IMG/VR virus record: IMGVR_UViG_3300045988_065473 | Coordinates: 1 to 58,410 of that record | Source: a virus | DNA length: 58,410 bases | Strand: one strand, 5' to 3' | In this document: positions 1 through 8,666 of the stretch, in pieces | Layout of the letters: every line of letters starts with the position of its first letter | How positions within the stretch are numbered: position 1 is the first letter of the stretch | The notes under the pieces: generated by a model | The model's input: only the letters and a program-made list of their open reading frames with translations | Told to the model about the DNA's origin: nothing | Database searches by the model: none | Translations under genes and position numbers: made by a program

Positions 1-55
1 CTGCACAAAAATCAATCTCCCCAGCACACGGAATCCGCTTCGTCTGGCCGCTGCC
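1..55. repeat. Terminal direct repeat, identical to 58356-58410 (circularisation overlap)
   Basis: 55/55 nt identity between the window's first and last 55 nt. The minus-strand operon is continuous across the junction. Confidence 0.95.
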
Positions 56-161
56 ATTCAGGTTCTTCGTCTGCTCTGGGTGCGAAGTAGTAGTCATCGG
101 GCGGCTCAACCACGCCACCGAACCTGTCAAAACAACCAGAGCAATCGTACATCTCGTTCAT
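12..161 (-). CDS. Small acidic Cys-containing protein (49 aa)
   Basis: Internal ATG of the 12..350 ORF. It overlaps the upstream stop as ATGA (translational coupling). Confidence 0.5.
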   Translation of the reverse strand: MNEMYDCSGCFDRFGGVVEPPDDYYFAPRADEEPEWQRPDEADSVCWGD

Positions 162-403
162 ACCGTACCTCCAAGTTTCAGGATTTTTGCCTTCATCTCT
201 TCCACAAGGGCTTCCAACTGAGATATGACATATTTCATCTTGCTGAAGCTCCTCGTTACGGACTCCCACTGGTCTAAATCGATTTCGACTGTATTCCACG
301 CATGACCGCAGTTTTCGCACAGTCTCCGTCGGATGATGTTGTCTTCGCATGATGTGCTGCGATAGATTTTAATTTTCTCGCTTCCGCACGTCGGGCACTT
401 CAC
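158..403 (-). CDS. Four-Cys zinc-ribbon protein (NrdR/Ogr-like fold), 81 aa
   Basis: CPTCG...CENCG motifs. GTG start at 403 preceded by GGAGGG. GTGA overlap with the upstream gene. Confidence 0.6.
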   Translation of the reverse strand: MKCPTCGSEKIKIYRSTSCEDNIIRRRLCENCGHAWNTVEIDLDQWESVTRSFSKMKYVISQLEALVEEMKAKILKLGGTV

Positions 404-660
404 TTGGCATCCCTCCACTCGTTTGTGTGATGCGGGATGCGCTTGATTTTCCGGTTCTCTTGCTCCATGTACTCGTTTTCGGCGCTTACGCCAATTGCGG
501 CCAAAATCAGAGCCACAAGAAATACAGCCAGAGCAAGGAACGTGTATCCAAGCATCTCCCATCCGTCCGTCGCGTTCTCAATGGCGTTCCCGCACCCAAG
601 AGCTACGATAGCAAGCGAAATGCTCATACAGCACAGCACCGTGCCTTTAACTGTTTTCAT
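400..660 (-). CDS. Small membrane protein (2 TM)
   Basis: Two hydrophobic segments. Coupled to its neighbours in the operon. Confidence 0.6.
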   Translation of the reverse strand: MKTVKGTVLCCMSISLAIVALGCGNAIENATDGWEMLGYTFLALAVFLVALILAAIGVSAENEYMEQENRKIKRIPHHTNEWRDAK

Positions 661-892
661 CTCTCTTCACCTCTTTCAAAATAATGTCGAATCCGTTCGT
701 CTTTTTCTCGTTGATGACTATTTTTGCATTCAACGCCTTTGCGATTTTTAGAAGCGTATCGACCCGAACGGAACTTTTCTGCTTCTTTCGCTTGCCCAAG
801 ATGCTGTAAATCGTCGGCCTTGATACTCCCGATCTACGGCTAAGGTCGTTGATGTTAAAGTACCTGACCCTCATTGTATCTTCCAGCGTCAT
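647..892 (-). CDS. XRE-family helix-turn-helix protein
   Basis: LSRRSGVSRPTIYSIL HTH motif. Confidence 0.7.
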   Translation of the reverse strand: MTLEDTMRVRYFNINDLSRRSGVSRPTIYSILGKRKKQKSSVRVDTLLKIAKALNAKIVINEKKTNGFDIILKEVKRDENS

Positions 893-1080
893 GCCTTTTT
901 ACCAACACCGAAAATCCAGACGGTTGCCATCAGAGCGCCAGCACCAATGATGTACCATGTCGCCTTAGCTCCGACCAAAAGCTCGATGTGATGCACCAGC
1001 CAGAAGTTCAGCAGAAACGCTACGAGAATCAACGCTAAGACAATGCCCCAAATCAGGACGATTTCCACGAGTGCTTTCAT
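889..1080 (-). CDS. Small membrane protein (2 TM)
   Basis: Hydrophobic 63-aa ORF with a 4-nt overlap to the downstream gene. Confidence 0.55.
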   Translation of the reverse strand: MKALVEIVLIWGIVLALILVAFLLNFWLVHHIELLVGAKATWYIIGAGALMATVWIFGVGKKA

Positions 1081-1157
1081 CTTTATCCTTTCTTCGAATG
1101 TGTTCCAGCCGCTCTTTCTCCCGGCTGTTCCAGCGGATTTCCCGCTGACCGTAATAT

Positions 1158-1559
1158 TTACCGTTCATCGGGCGGCTCCACCTTCCCCTGACTAAGCAAC
1201 ATACTGTAATGCCCATAGTTCATTCCGAGAGACTTTGCCTTGTCGTTTATTTGCTTGATGCTGTATCTAGGCGGAGCCGGTCTTTGCCTTTCTGGCAGCT
1301 TGAATTGATATCTAGCCGGTGCACATGACCTTTCGGCCTTTCTGGCACAATCTTTGTGATACTTCTGATCCGGTGTTTTCTTTACCATCGTCTTACCGCA
1401 CCACGCACAGAGACTTATCACTCGTTCGGCTTTGCCCTTCCGACGTCTCCATTTCGCTTGCTGTTCAAGCTGGACGTTATGTGCACATACGGCACAATAC
1501 TTCTGGTTTGCGTTCGGAGATTCAAGAAGCGCTTTACAGCGGACGCAGAATTTATTCAT
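1158..1559 (-). CDS. Cys-rich zinc-ribbon protein
   Basis: CxxC pairs (CVRC, CAVC, CAWC). Start taken at the internal ATG that overlaps the upstream stop (ATGAATAA). Confidence 0.55.
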   Translation of the reverse strand: MNKFCVRCKALLESPNANQKYCAVCAHNVQLEQQAKWRRRKGKAERVISLCAWCGKTMVKKTPDQKYHKDCARKAERSCAPARYQFKLPERQRPAPPRYSIKQINDKAKSLGMNYGHYSMLLSQGKVEPPDER

Positions 1560-1731
1560 CACGTTCACCGTCTTTCTCTCTGGCTTCCCGATTATGCCGT
1601 TCAAAGCACTGGTTCAGCATCTTTTCCATCCACAGCACCTTGTTGGCTTCGTTCCGGGACACGCCCTCCGCCATCGCAAGCTTCAACCTGCGCTTCCGGC
1701 TCGGTGCTTTGTAAAAATACGTCACCAACAT
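1552..1731 (-). CDS. Hypothetical 59-aa protein (below the ORF-track cutoff)
   Basis: Hand-translated as MLVTYFYKAPSRKRRLKLAMAEGVSRNEANKVLWMEKML... It fills the gap between flanking genes and overlaps both. Confidence 0.45.
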   Translation of the reverse strand: MLVTYFYKAPSRKRRLKLAMAEGVSRNEANKVLWMEKMLNQCFERHNREAREKDGERDE

Positions 1732-2096
1732 TCACCAGCCTTTTTGATGATGAATTTCGGGACTTGCTGACCTGTGGCAATGCACAGCGCAACTAGTTTT
1801 TCGACCCAGATATCACGCAAACCCTCTTCGGTCATATAGCACTGACCAACGCAGAGCTCCTTAAAATCTGCCCAAATCGATAGTCCAACAGCACCATCCG
1901 CGACCGTCCATATCATATTGTAGCCTTCATCGCACAGGCCGCACAAAATGTCTCGTGCTATGCTTTTGGCTTTGTCGATTTCAAAGGCATCCCAGCGCTT
2001 TTTGCTTTCCTCGTAAGCCTTTGTTGCCTCGTCAATGGCGTGGTGCGCTTCGTTCGGGTGTTCAAGGTCTACCTTTAAGGTGATAATCTGCTCCAT
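1722..2096 (-). CDS. Hypothetical protein
   Basis: 124-aa ORF in operon context. Confidence 0.6.
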   Translation of the reverse strand: MEQIITLKVDLEHPNEAHHAIDEATKAYEESKKRWDAFEIDKAKSIARDILCGLCDEGYNMIWTVADGAVGLSIWADFKELCVGQCYMTEEGLRDIWVEKLVALCIATGQQVPKFIIKKAGECW

Positions 2097-2098
2097 GT

Positions 2099-2860
2099 TC
2101 AGTCCTCCGCTTTTCTGCTCTTCTCCGTCTTTAAGAAGAGATTAACGAAATAGACCTGACCGATACCCGTCACCTTCGGGGTCTTATTGATAGAAGTGTG
2201 CCCGTCGGAATGTGCAATGGACGTTTCCTTGATTTCAAACAAGCGAAGTTCCATAGACTTCTGGGTCGGCATATTGTAGTCCGTCCGCTTTCTGTCCTTA
2301 ATCAGGTATCCGTTTTCACGCATCCATGAGAACAAGCGGTTCTGCCCCATCTGGATGCCGTTCTGTGACAGCAGCTTTGCCATTTCACCAACAAGAATGC
2401 TCTGGCTGCTTGCGCTTACTGCGTCAGCAAAAAGTGCTTTCGGCTTCATGGTCTCAATCTGCTTGTCTTTCTCTTCCAGCTCCTCATGCGCTGCGATCAG
2501 TGCAGTTGCGAGAAGTTGCGAGCGGGTAAGCTGCGGTGCGTTGTAGCTTCCAGTCTTGCGAATGGTAGGAAGCACATCGTTTGTGACCCATCTACGGAAC
2601 GGAGCCGCTTCCGGTTTGTCGCTGCGAAGAATGACATGGTACAGGCCGCTTTCGTTGACGATTACCATTTCCTGTTTGCCGCCAAGGGTGTCAATCAGAC
2701 TGACACCCTTTTCGTCATCATCTAATCGGTCAGCAGCCATGCGGTTATTGCTAATACCAAGCACAGCACACACATCTTTCAGAACGAACCACGCTTCCCC
2801 GTCCATATCAACCGTGCGAACTTTGCTGTTCTGATATTCAAAAACTTGAATGTTTGCCAT
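2099..2860 (-). CDS. Phage antirepressor (BRO N-terminal plus KilA-C/Ant C-terminal domains)
   Basis: N-terminus ...VRTVDMDGEAWFVLKDVCAVLG... is BRO-N-like. The C-terminal half resembles KilAC. Confidence 0.85.
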   Translation of the reverse strand: MANIQVFEYQNSKVRTVDMDGEAWFVLKDVCAVLGISNNRMAADRLDDDEKGVSLIDTLGGKQEMVIVNESGLYHVILRSDKPEAAPFRRWVTNDVLPTIRKTGSYNAPQLTRSQLLATALIAAHEELEEKDKQIETMKPKALFADAVSASSQSILVGEMAKLLSQNGIQMGQNRLFSWMRENGYLIKDRKRTDYNMPTQKSMELRLFEIKETSIAHSDGHTSINKTPKVTGIGQVYFVNLFLKTEKSRKAED

Positions 2861-2875
2861 TTTTTCTCTCCCTTC

Positions 2876-3097
2876 TTACACTCCCGAATCCTGAATATTC
2901 AAAATCCGGCAGATGCTTTTCTTGATGCCGGGCGTTTCCAGCTTCCCTGTCTTAACCTTGAAAAGGTAAGAACGGTCAAAATATCGTCCGGTGTCCTCCT
3001 TGACTTTTTCAATCAACCAGTCATTGGTCTTGTCTTTTTGGATAAGAGCAATCTCGATTTGTTTGCCAAAGTCACACAGAGGTTTTTTTTCAGCCAT
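2876..3097 (-). CDS. Cro-like small DNA-binding protein (first gene of the early leftward operon)
   Basis: 73 aa, divergent from the CI-like gene across an operator-rich gap. Confidence 0.55.
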   Translation of the reverse strand: MAEKKPLCDFGKQIEIALIQKDKTNDWLIEKVKEDTGRYFDRSYLFKVKTGKLETPGIKKSICRILNIQDSGV

Positions 3098-3273
3098 TAT
3101 TTCACCTCCGGCTATTGATTTTTACGCATAAGTGTAATATAATGAAGTTGCTAGAAATCATTCATTACGCCTTCGCGGTACGGTCTTAGTATAATACGCT
3201 TTCGCGTAAAATGCAAGGCTTTTTTAAGCGTTCGCGTAATTTCAGCAAACCTTACAATGCGAGGACTGGAATT
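3098..3273. promoter_or_regulatory. Divergent immunity-switch region with three related operator half-palindromes
   Basis: TTACGCcttcGCGGTA (3165-3180), TACGCtttcGCGTA (3195-3208), TAAGCGttcGCGTAA (3225-3239), about 30 bp apart. TATAAT boxes at 3138 and 3190. Confidence 0.6.
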
Positions 3274-3603
3274 ATGGCAAACTTGTACGAAAATATTGAA
3301 AAACTCTGCAAGCAGCGTGGAGTAAATGTGACCACAATGTGCAAGGAATCGGGTGCAAGCCGTGGGTCTTTGACCGATTTGAAAAACGGTAGAAAGCAAA
3401 CCTTGAAATATGAAACGCTCGATAAGATAGCTTCTTATTTTGGAACAAGCGTAGATGCTTTGGTTTCTGGCGAACATAAAGAAAACCCGCCCCAGCAGCC
3501 GCAAAGCGAAGTTGACGCGGATATCAAATGGATTGAGCAGAAGCTAGTAGAGATGCCGAAAGAAAAGCGTGAAGCTTTGATGAAGCTTATCAGAACTATG
3601 TGA
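3274..3603 (+). CDS. CI-like XRE-family repressor
   Basis: HTH CKESGASRGSLTDLKNG. GAGGA RBS before the ATG at 3274. Confidence 0.8.
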   Translation: MANLYENIEKLCKQRGVNVTTMCKESGASRGSLTDLKNGRKQTLKYETLDKIASYFGTSVDALVSGEHKENPPQQPQSEVDADIKWIEQKLVEMPKEKREALMKLIRTM

Positions 3604-3612
3604 GGTGATGAC

Positions 3613-4092
3613 GTGGGCAAAAAGAATTTTAGCAAAGAAGAGCTGCTGAACGACAAAAGTTCTCACATGGGTGATAGGTTTTCATTTGCCTTCGGTGCGC
3701 TTTTCTTGGTTGCTTCATTTATTTTCCTTGTGTATTCTTCAACCGCCTTTTTAATCGTTGCAGCCATTGGGGCTATGATGTTGATAAAAGGTAAACGCGG
3801 ATACGATATGTTTCTTGAAAGAGAAAAGCTCAAAACAAAAATGTACGAAACACCTGTATCCGCAAAGATTGTAGGCTCTGGTGAAAGCAAGAAGGCCGGA
3901 AGCGCCGCACTCCGTTCCGCTGTTGGCGGTTCAATTGCCGGTTTGCCCGGTGCTGTTTACGGTGCAGCATCCGCAAAATCTAAAACCAGCGTCACGTTTT
4001 ATGTGACGTATGAAGATGGGCATCACGGAAGCGAAACTGTAAATTCCGATTCTAGCCGGTTCTTAAAACTGATGAAAGTCTGTAAGGATTGA
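3613..4092 (+). CDS. Membrane protein co-transcribed with the repressor (possible superinfection-exclusion or Abi function)
   Basis: GTG start and two TM segments. The position downstream of cI is typical for exclusion genes. Confidence 0.5.
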   Translation: MGKKNFSKEELLNDKSSHMGDRFSFAFGALFLVASFIFLVYSSTAFLIVAAIGAMMLIKGKRGYDMFLEREKLKTKMYETPVSAKIVGSGESKKAGSAALRSAVGGSIAGLPGAVYGAASAKSKTSVTFYVTYEDGHHGSETVNSDSSRFLKLMKVCKD

Positions 4093-4104
4093 CCCGGTAC
4101 AAAT

Positions 4105-4152
4105 AAAACCCCTTGCGCCGGGCTTTTGGTAGCCTTATGCGCAAGGGGTTTT
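4105..4152. terminator. Bidirectional hairpin terminator
   Basis: AAAACCCCTTGCGC...GCGCAAGGGGTTTT, a 14-bp stem flanked by A and T runs. Confidence 0.7.
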
Positions 4153-4153
4153 G

Positions 4154-4255
4154 TCATGCGTTAGTTATTATTTCTTTAGCTGCCGGAATCTTCTCAGGAT
4201 GTTCCAGCAGCCATGCAATAAATCGGTCAATCTTGGCTCTTTCCTGTTCACTCAT
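4154..4255 (-). CDS. Hypothetical 33-aa peptide
   Basis: Hand-translated as MSEQERAKIDRFIAWLLEHPEKIPAAKEIITNA. GGGAGGA RBS 9 nt upstream. Confidence 0.4.
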   Translation of the reverse strand: MSEQERAKIDRFIAWLLEHPEKIPAAKEIITNA

Positions 4256-4446
4256 TGTGGCATATCCTCCCGATCGGTAAGTGCAGATGTTCATTTGATA
4301 CGATTATACATCTTCTAGTTGTCAAGTCAATGTCTTTTGAACAACTTTGTAAAAATCGAACGTTTTCTTCACATCCATTACTTCACATCAGGGAAGCCAC
4401 GAGTGTTCAAGTCAAAAGGGACAGCGCCTATCCATCTTTCCTCCAA

Positions 4447-4653
4447 TCACAGCTCTACGAGCTGTCCGTCAATGCGTTCGATGTTATCTGCCGGGTCTCG
4501 CCCATCGTCTAATGCGGCTACGGCGCGTTCAAGGATGCCTTTTGCTTCGAGGTAAGCATCTTTATCAGCTTCGTACCCAGAAAGGCTCAGGACAAGCTCC
4601 AGCGTCCGTCTGCGAGCGTATGGGATAATCAGAGCATCTACGGTTCGGTTCAT
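4447..4653 (-). CDS. Hypothetical protein (68 aa)
   Basis: GGGAGGAAAG RBS. TAATG overlap with the upstream small ORF. Confidence 0.55.
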   Translation of the reverse strand: MNRTVDALIIPYARRRTLELVLSLSGYEADKDAYLEAKGILERAVAALDDGRDPADNIERIDGQLVEL

Positions 4654-4763
4654 TAGCTTTCCTCCCACGGTTCAGGTGTGTGCGGCTTCCCATCGGGAAC
4701 ACTGGCAGGCATTCCGTCGATGATCGGCATACGTTCATGGTTCCAGATTACAGTTTCTTTCAT
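4653..4763 (-). CDS. Hypothetical 36-aa peptide
   Basis: Hand-translated as MKETVIWNHERMPIIDGMPASVPDGKPHTPEPWEES. AGAGGAGTGG RBS. Confidence 0.4.
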   Translation of the reverse strand: MKETVIWNHERMPIIDGMPASVPDGKPHTPEPWEES

Positions 4764-4904
4764 TTTTGTTCCACTCCTCTTTGGAATTTTTTGACAATAC
4801 AGTTATATCATAGGCTGCTGTTGGTTCTCCATAGCAGCTTTTTCCATTTTTTGGCTTGTCGAACCCGGCAGTTTTGCCGGATTTTGTTGAAAGGGTGAGA
4901 ATTT

Positions 4905-5498
4905 ATGGATGAATATTTAGTAAGAACAGCCAAAGCATTGGAGATAGCTCGAATGCGTTCCGGCTTGAGCCAGCAGAAGTTAGCGGCAAAAATGGGCGTG
5001 AATCGTGGAACGATAGCAAATTGGGAGCAAGGTCTGGCAGCCATTTCCCTTCCGATGGCTATGCGCTGGTTCACCTGCTGCGGCGTATCGGTGGCTCGAT
5101 ACATGGATGCTTGTATTCATCCGGGGCTACTTGAACACCTTGAGTACGACCTTTCCGATCTGGAGAAACGGCGGATTCTCATAGATGCTATGATGGAGTG
5201 CTCCTCCTATGAGATAGATGCCTTGCTGTACATCCGATACGGAGATCACGGCTCAGACCATATCGGCGTGCTGACAGAGATTTTGGCAAACCTCCACACA
5301 CCGCTGAAGGACAGGGTCGCTGTCTGCCGGATGGTGTCTGGTAGCTATGAGATGGCACAGGCTACCAGAACAGACCCAGACCCGAACGGAACCGCCCCAA
5401 AGATGGAGATTCTTTATCAGGCGCAGGACGCTGGAACGGAAGCTGCTATGAAGTCCAACGATTCCTATACTGTGAATCCCAATAATATAACTGGCTGA
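4905..5498 (+). CDS. XRE-family HTH regulator with a C-terminal extension
   Basis: SGLSQQKLAAKMGVNRGTIANWEQG HTH, followed by a roughly 130-aa unknown domain. Confidence 0.75.
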   Translation: MDEYLVRTAKALEIARMRSGLSQQKLAAKMGVNRGTIANWEQGLAAISLPMAMRWFTCCGVSVARYMDACIHPGLLEHLEYDLSDLEKRRILIDAMMECSSYEIDALLYIRYGDHGSDHIGVLTEILANLHTPLKDRVAVCRMVSGSYEMAQATRTDPDPNGTAPKMEILYQAQDAGTEAAMKSNDSYTVNPNNITG

Positions 5499-5540
5499 TT
5501 GTCGAATTATCGAAGTTTTTGAAGAACATTTTGTCCACGT

Positions 5541-6036
5541 TCATCCACTTTTTGTACACCTATCGGGCAAATTTACCTTGTCAATCCGTCCCCCATAAGC
5601 TGTAAATCGACAACATTCGCGCGGAATAAATAACGAATTATCGTCAATCTATTGCCTGTGATTGGTCGGCTTGTCAATCCGTCCCCCATAGCATTGGCTT
5701 AAAAGTTTTTCATCCACTTTTCGTACACGTTAGGCAAACCTAACCGTTAAGCGTTTCAACCTTTCGGATGTTAAACATCTGTTTATTTGGCGATATTTGC
5801 TTTGTGTTTTCCACTTTTTAAGAGAGAAAGAAAAGATTTTGTGGAAAATTTTCTTCTTCTGCTATTAGTAGAAGTTATTTTATAATCTTGTTAATAGTCT
5901 TGTTTTATATAATGTAAAGAGGTGTACAAAAAATGGATATAGGTGTACAGATTGTGGAAATAGGTGTACGAAATGTGGACAGTTAGGTGTACAAGAAGTG
6001 GAAATAGGTGTACACTTGCTATTGATTTGTACACCT
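5541..6036. repeat. Plasmid-type origin: 21-23-bp iterons (core AGGTGTACA...GTGGA) plus an AT-rich segment
   Basis: Direct copies start at 5920, 5941, 5962, 5985 and 6006. Inverted copies lie at 5541-5563, 5711-5733 and 6029-6036. A 21-bp repeat CTTGTCAATCCGTCCCCCATA occurs at 5577 and 5670. AT-rich stretch at about 5800-5919. Confidence 0.85.
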
Positions 6037-6076
6037 ATCTGTGATATACTCTTATACGAGAGGAGGCGTGATAAGA

Positions 6077-7162
6077 TTGTCTGATATTAAAGGCGGGAAC
6101 TTGGTTGAAAAAAGCAGACAGCTTGTTTGGGCAAAGTTCACTGATTATACAGCAGGAGAACTACGGTTACTTGAAGTGTATCTTAGCCGCATCAATCCGA
6201 GAGACCCTGAAACTTCAACGGTTCAGTTTACGTTACAAGAGTATTGCGAGTTTTTGGGGTTGAAAATCAACTCTAGGAATTTGAAAGCACAGGTCAAGCA
6301 TTTCATCGACAACTCTGTTGAAGTTCCTAGAGGTGACGGTTCAGGCTCGTTTGACCTGTATCCCCTGTTCAGTAGAGCAACTGTAAACTTTGAACCTAGT
6401 TTAATGAATATTACTGTGTCATTGTGTTGCAATCCGCTTCTGCAACCTGTTTTCTTCGACATTGCGGAGCGTGGATATGTCAAGTATCGCTTGCGCTACA
6501 CAGCGAATATGAAATCGCAGTATAGCATTTTGCTGTATTCAATTCTCCGAGAGTTCATCGGACGTGGCGTGAGCCAGCCCGAAATTACGTTGGATAGATT
6601 AAGGGAACAGCTTGGTGCAAGAGAACCTAGCTATCAAGAGTTCAAGCATCTTAGGCGGCGTGTCATTGATATTGCGGTAGCTGAAATAAACGAAGTATCA
6701 GACCTGTGCGTTGAATATGACAAGGTCATGAGAGGTCGCAATGCGGTTGCTGTGAAGTTCAATATAGCTTTCAAGTCTAATGAGCCAGTCATAGACGTGG
6801 AAGCTAACGAGGTTGAAAGCGTAGAGCTAAAAGATGTTCCAAAGAGCCAACGACCTGCCAGAAAGCCCCGCAGCGGCGCATACGAGGATGTGGATTGGGC
6901 ATCTATTGCGCCGGAGATGTCTAAAAGCCAGTGTATCTTGACTGCAAAGCTGGTGGCAAAGAGATTGCCGGAGAAGTATCCGAACATCAAGCCTAACAAG
7001 AAAAAGGAAGCTGTTGTAAACATCGTTGAGAACGCATACAGGATTCTTGTCAGTGAACGGCTTGATAAGATTGAAAAAGACCCCGGCGCTTATATGTACT
7101 CAATTTTGAAAGAAGCAGACCTTGACGATTATGCTACATTTGATGATAGCTTCTTGAAGTAG
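6077..7162 (+). CDS. repB: Rep_3/RepB-family plasmid replication initiator
   Basis: The Rep_3 pattern is visible along the whole length (LVEKSRQLVWAKF...ELRLLEVYLSRI...YSILLYSILREF...). TTG start 10 nt after GGAGG. Iterons lie directly upstream. Confidence 0.85.
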   Translation: MSDIKGGNLVEKSRQLVWAKFTDYTAGELRLLEVYLSRINPRDPETSTVQFTLQEYCEFLGLKINSRNLKAQVKHFIDNSVEVPRGDGSGSFDLYPLFSRATVNFEPSLMNITVSLCCNPLLQPVFFDIAERGYVKYRLRYTANMKSQYSILLYSILREFIGRGVSQPEITLDRLREQLGAREPSYQEFKHLRRRVIDIAVAEINEVSDLCVEYDKVMRGRNAVAVKFNIAFKSNEPVIDVEANEVESVELKDVPKSQRPARKPRSGAYEDVDWASIAPEMSKSQCILTAKLVAKRLPEKYPNIKPNKKKEAVVNIVENAYRILVSERLDKIEKDPGAYMYSILKEADLDDYATFDDSFLK

Positions 7163-7207
7163 TCAGATGTAGCACATTGAGCAGATGATGCAGAAAGGAG
7201 AAAGAGT

Positions 7208-7486
7208 ATGGTTCCAATGTTTCCGAAAGGCTATGACAAGGACAAGTGGTACATGACTAAAGATGTTATGCCGGATAAAAGCCTAGAAGGATGGCCGCGT
7301 GGGCTTTTACTTCGCATCGAAGATGAGAAAACAGGAGAAAAAATCATAGCCGGTGAGTACGATACAATCAGCGGCAAATGGTTTGATTCCGATAGTAATG
7401 AAATCAAAGGAACTGTAGTTGCATGGAACGTCACGCCCGTGTTGTGGGTCGGAGACGAGATAAAAGCAGCATATCCGTTCTACTAA
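7208..7486 (+). CDS. Hypothetical protein (weakly DUF551-like)
   Basis: Strong AAAGGAGAAAG RBS, 92 aa. Confidence 0.6.
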   Translation: MVPMFPKGYDKDKWYMTKDVMPDKSLEGWPRGLLLRIEDEKTGEKIIAGEYDTISGKWFDSDSNEIKGTVVAWNVTPVLWVGDEIKAAYPFY

Positions 7487-7503
7487 AAAGAAAGAGTGAT
7501 AAA

Positions 7504-8274
7504 ATGGCAAAAATCATAGCTGTCGCTAACCAGAAGGGCGGCACAGGAAAGACTACCACAAGCACCTGTCTGGCTGGTGCGTTGCAGTTGCTTGGCAAGA
7601 AAGTTTTACTGGTGGACTGCGATGCCCAGTGCAACGCAACGGACACCTACGGAGCACAGACAGAGGATGTATGCACCCTGTTTGATGTAATGACCCGGCA
7701 AGGCACGGTAGAGGAAGGAATCCAGAACTGTGAAGCTGGTGACATTCTGCCGTCCGACAGCGCATTGAAGGACATTGACGAGCAGCTTGTCAGGGACATG
7801 GGAAAGAACTTCCGGTTGAGAGAAGCCCTTGAAAGCGTATCTGGGCAGTACGATTATATTGTGCTGGACACTCCCCCGCAGTTGGGTTTGATGCTTGTAA
7901 ATGCGCTGATCGCATCGAACAGCGTCATTGTTCCAATGACCCCTGACCGCTACGCTGTGGCTGGTTTAAGCCAGCTTTCGCAGACAATCAATGATGTTAG
8001 GAGATACTTTAATCAAAATCTGAAAATCGAAGGGTTGCTGCTGAATAAGTTTGGGGGTCGGGAAATCCTTTCAAAAGAAGCAATCGAAGCACTACCAGAA
8101 GCCGCAAACCTTATGGGAACCAAAGTGCTTGACACAAAAATCCGAATGTCAATGGGGATTAGAAAGGCGCAATCAGAACGTCATGGTCTGTTTATTGGAA
8201 ATACGGCAAAATGCACTGGCGCAGAGGATTTCAAGGCGTTGGCGCAGATGATTGTAGAGGGGGAAGAAAAATGA
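7504..8274 (+). CDS. parA: ParA/Soj-type partition ATPase
   Basis: Deviant Walker A box: KIIAVANQKGGTGKTTT. Confidence 0.9.
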   Translation: MAKIIAVANQKGGTGKTTTSTCLAGALQLLGKKVLLVDCDAQCNATDTYGAQTEDVCTLFDVMTRQGTVEEGIQNCEAGDILPSDSALKDIDEQLVRDMGKNFRLREALESVSGQYDYIVLDTPPQLGLMLVNALIASNSVIVPMTPDRYAVAGLSQLSQTINDVRRYFNQNLKIEGLLLNKFGGREILSKEAIEALPEAANLMGTKVLDTKIRMSMGIRKAQSERHGLFIGNTAKCTGAEDFKALAQMIVEGEEK

Positions 8275-8666
8275 GCGATTTATACCCACATCTTTTGAAT
8301 GCAACTTGTGTTGATGACACGGAGCAAGTCTACGTTATCAATTTTGGTTTTTCATTTAATGACCTTTCCGATAAAGAGAAAGAAATGGCGTTTCATTCTC
8401 AGTGGTATCTAGCTGAAAAGTATTGCAAAAAGTGGCAGAAAGAGCTTGCAAATAATCAATGGGCGAAATCAGAAGATGAAATGCCAGATGAATTAAACCC
8501 ATATGTTATCGGGTTTAGCAAAGACGAATACGATGTAGAAATTGTAGGCTATGAAGAAGATTTTAAGGAATGGCGGGACAAAAGCGGAAAGCCGCATAAT
8601 ATAACTCACTGGATGCCGTTGCCGACCGTTCCTGACCTTGATGAAGATTGGGAGGAAGATGAATGA
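8271..8666 (+). CDS. DUF551-domain protein
   Basis: C-terminal ...GKPHNITHWMPLPTVP signature. ATGA overlap with parA. Confidence 0.7.
   Translation: MSDLYPHLLNATCVDDTEQVYVINFGFSFNDLSDKEKEMAFHSQWYLAEKYCKKWQKELANNQWAKSEDEMPDELNPYVIGFSKDEYDVEIVGYEEDFKEWRDKSGKPHNITHWMPLPTVPDLDEDWEEDE

Noticed and set aside
5541-6036. Possible CRISPR array, considered for this and the other repeat clusters (8741-8940, 45057-46093).
   Set aside because: The repeat units are 8-23 bp with little or no unique spacer sequence between them. No cas genes are present. The contexts (rep gene, par operon, dnaB module) fit iterons or a centromere.
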